From a virus (Duplodnaviria; Caudoviricetes): 46,344 nt of DNA. Positions 44,677-46,344 of the stretch are shown here, piece by piece. The notes under the pieces are model-generated. The model searched no databases, had not been told where the DNA came from, and worked only from the letters and a program-made list of their open reading frames with translations. Positions within the stretch are counted from its first letter, which is position 1; each line of letters starts with the position of its first letter. Where the stretch lies: IMG/VR virus record IMGVR_UViG_3300005512_000066, positions 1 through 46,344 of that record. One strand, given 5' to 3'. The position numbers were made by a program, and so were the translations under genes.

Positions 44677-45428
44677 TATTTAACTCCTATAATGTTATTA
44701 AATGGATTGGTGTTTTTTTCAACAACAATATCTTCTTCAATGCCATAACGGTTTTTGCTGACATTACTGGCTGTTGTATAGCATACAGCGACTCTTGTGC
44801 CATCAGACATGGCTTTTTTACGCTCGCCATCTCCAAAGGTGTGCATATCCAGTTTTAAAAAAGCAACAAGATCAGCATCATCGACATAAGGGGCCATAGA
44901 TTTTTTACTCAGTCTTAAACTATACCTGGTATAAGGATCGCAGTCGGGAAGTTCTATTGTTTCGGTGTCTGCATGGGCCACAAATACAATGTGCATATTC
45001 TTTTTAGTGTTCAGGATGCCGCAAGCCTTGCGCACTCTTGCGTGCATTGCACCAACTGCCGATAATCCCGCGCCATATCCTCCTAAAGCCTGATTAATAC
45101 TTCTAGGCTCTTTAGGATCAGTATCAACAATATGCCGGATAAACAACCTCTCAATAGCTGTTACGCTATCAATAATTAAAGTTTGAAAATTATGGTTTTC
45201 TTTGATTAATCCAGTTAATTGATCCCAAAGGTTATCGGGAGTTTCAATTACTGGAAACGCCGGTGGGCGATCCTTCTCGTTTACAGATTGCAATCCGTCT
45301 TCCCCACGGATAACGATTGGATCGGGGAAGGTGCAGGCTAGGGATGTTTTCCCTATACCGCTATCTCCGCAGATAGTGGCTATTATTGGCCTTGACTTTG
45401 TTTTTTCTATTTGGTCTAAAATAGACAT
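44676..45428 (-). CDS. Sak4-like AAA_24 ATPase/recombinase
   Basis: GDSGIGKTS, EDGL, LIIDSVT, GGYGAG, FVAH and SKNRYG. AAGGAG RBS precedes MSIL at 45428. Confidence 0.88.
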   Translation of the reverse strand: MSILDQIEKTKSRPIIATICGDSGIGKTSLACTFPDPIVIRGEDGLQSVNEKDRPPAFPVIETPDNLWDQLTGLIKENHNFQTLIIDSVTAIERLFIRHIVDTDPKEPRSINQALGGYGAGLSAVGAMHARVRKACGILNTKKNMHIVFVAHADTETIELPDCDPYTRYSLRLSKKSMAPYVDDADLVAFLKLDMHTFGDGERKKAMSDGTRVAVCYTTASNVSKNRYGIEEDIVVEKNTNPFNNIIGVK

Positions 45429-45458
45429 GGGTTTTTCTCCTTTTTTCTTAACTTTCGA

Positions 45459-45492
45459 TTGCAATATTATTATAAACAATGTTAAGATGCAA
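45459..45492. promoter_or_regulatory. Overlapping divergent promoters
   Basis: Plus strand TTGCAA...TGtTAAGAT; minus strand TTGCAT...TATAAT/TAATAT; contains TATTATAAACA. Confidence 0.55.
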
Positions 45493-45548
45493 ACATAAAG
45501 TTAATTTTTTTTTAATTCTTTTTTAATTTTTTTAAAAGAGGACATAAA

Positions 45549-45788
45549 ATGTCAATAAAAGAACAATGGAAAATAGAGCAAAAGCACGCACTAGAACTGC
45601 TTATTATGTGGGCTGGCGATATACCAGCACTGGGTAAACTATTAAAGGTTGACTCAACCGCTATCATCCATGGATGGGTTAAACGTGGGCGCATATCTGC
45701 AACTTATGCGATTGAAGCGCACAAGATAACAGGAGGCAAGATCTCTAAAGAAAAACTTAGGCCGGATGTAAAGCAATGGATAAAATAA
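45549..45788 (+). CDS. Cro-like HTH regulator
   Basis: AG....LGKLLKVDS..I.GWVKRGRIS...A.E....TGG.IS.E.LRPD is a YdaS/Cro-like pattern. Confidence 0.85.
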   Translation: MSIKEQWKIEQKHALELLIMWAGDIPALGKLLKVDSTAIIHGWVKRGRISATYAIEAHKITGGKISKEKLRPDVKQWIK

Positions 45789-46344
45789 CAAAACAAGCAA
45801 AAAACTTTCTAAGTTTAGGTTATAAAATATTTCCACTGTATCCTTTTGATGGATCTACTTGTGGATGTGGAGATCCCGATTGCAATGCAGCAGGGAAGCA
45901 TCCTATCCAGGTAGCATGGAATGAAGTTCCTCTATGGTCAGATGAGCAAGTGGACAATATGATAGAAGTAGGCGAACTTTCCAGTGGGTATGGTGTGCTC
46001 GCTGAGAAGTTATTGATCGTTGATATAGATGTTAGAAACGGCGGCGATGAAGCATCTTTGCCAGAGGATCTACAATCAGGATTTGTCATTTCTACTGGTT
46101 CAGGTGATGGTAGTACGCACCACTATTTTAAAATACCTGAAGATATAGCGGTTAATAAACAGATCAAAGAATATCCTGGGATTGACTTTATAGCAGGATC
46201 ATCTTTTTTTGTTGTTGGCCCATATTCAAAGCATAAATCAGGGGGTGAGTATAGGGTAGTTTCTGGAGATATAGAAGAAATAGAGGACGCTCCTGATTGG
46301 CTAATAGATATTATTAGGAAGAAAGAGCGGGTCAGGATTAAAGA
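45776..46344 (+). CDS. Bifunctional primase-polymerase (Prim-Pol) N-terminal domain, truncated by the window end
   Basis: Read manually: GYKIFPL...CGCGDPDC..AGKHP...GYGVL..LLIVDIDVRNGG...TGSG..STHHYF...PGIDF...VVGP.S.H.SG..Y. Confidence 0.9.
   Translation, partial: MDKITKQAKNFLSLGYKIFPLYPFDGSTCGCGDPDCNAAGKHPIQVAWNEVPLWSDEQVDNMIEVGELSSGYGVLAEKLLIVDIDVRNGGDEASLPEDLQSGFVISTGSGDGSTHHYFKIPEDIAVNKQIKEYPGIDFIAGSSFFVVGPYSKHKSGGEYRVVSGDIEEIEDAPDWLIDIIRKKERVRIK

Noticed and set aside
45820-46089. Minus-strand 89-aa ORF
   Set aside because: It is antisense to the clear Prim-Pol domain, which the track missed because it has no stop within the window.

Overview
The window is a nearly complete, AT-rich, circularly permuted genome of a tailed siphovirus-type phage. 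I found no integrase, tRNA or CRISPR array. The primase gene is split across the window ends (Prim-Pol N-terminus at 45776-46344; PriCT/helicase part at 1-1558). A + strand cluster of small accessory genes (1.6-5.3 kb) converges on a long - strand late operon: TerS, TerL with an intein, fibre module, lysis genes, portal-gpF fusion, protease, HK97 capsid, neck, tail with a GGGAAAG frameshift chaperone, tape measure and LamG/Ig tail-tip proteins. Further along are a probable origin (37.4-38.3 kb) and a - strand replication/recombination operon (Sak4-like ATPase, SSB, YqaJ exonuclease, beta-clamp, SF2 helicase, VRR-NUC). The most striking element is at 41869-43237: a solitary RAMP/Cas7-like gene, an array of phased (GCA-NN)n pentamer tracts separated by identical GNRA-capped RNA hairpins, and a partner gene. 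This is a candidate non-CRISPR RNA-guided system. Other highlights are a terminase intein with its HNH endonuclease in an alternative frame, an antisense HNH insertion whose opposite strand stays open and translationally coupled, and two RHH proteins beside the origin that carry a copy of the primase C-terminal domain. All protein calls come from motif recognition by eye, not database searches.
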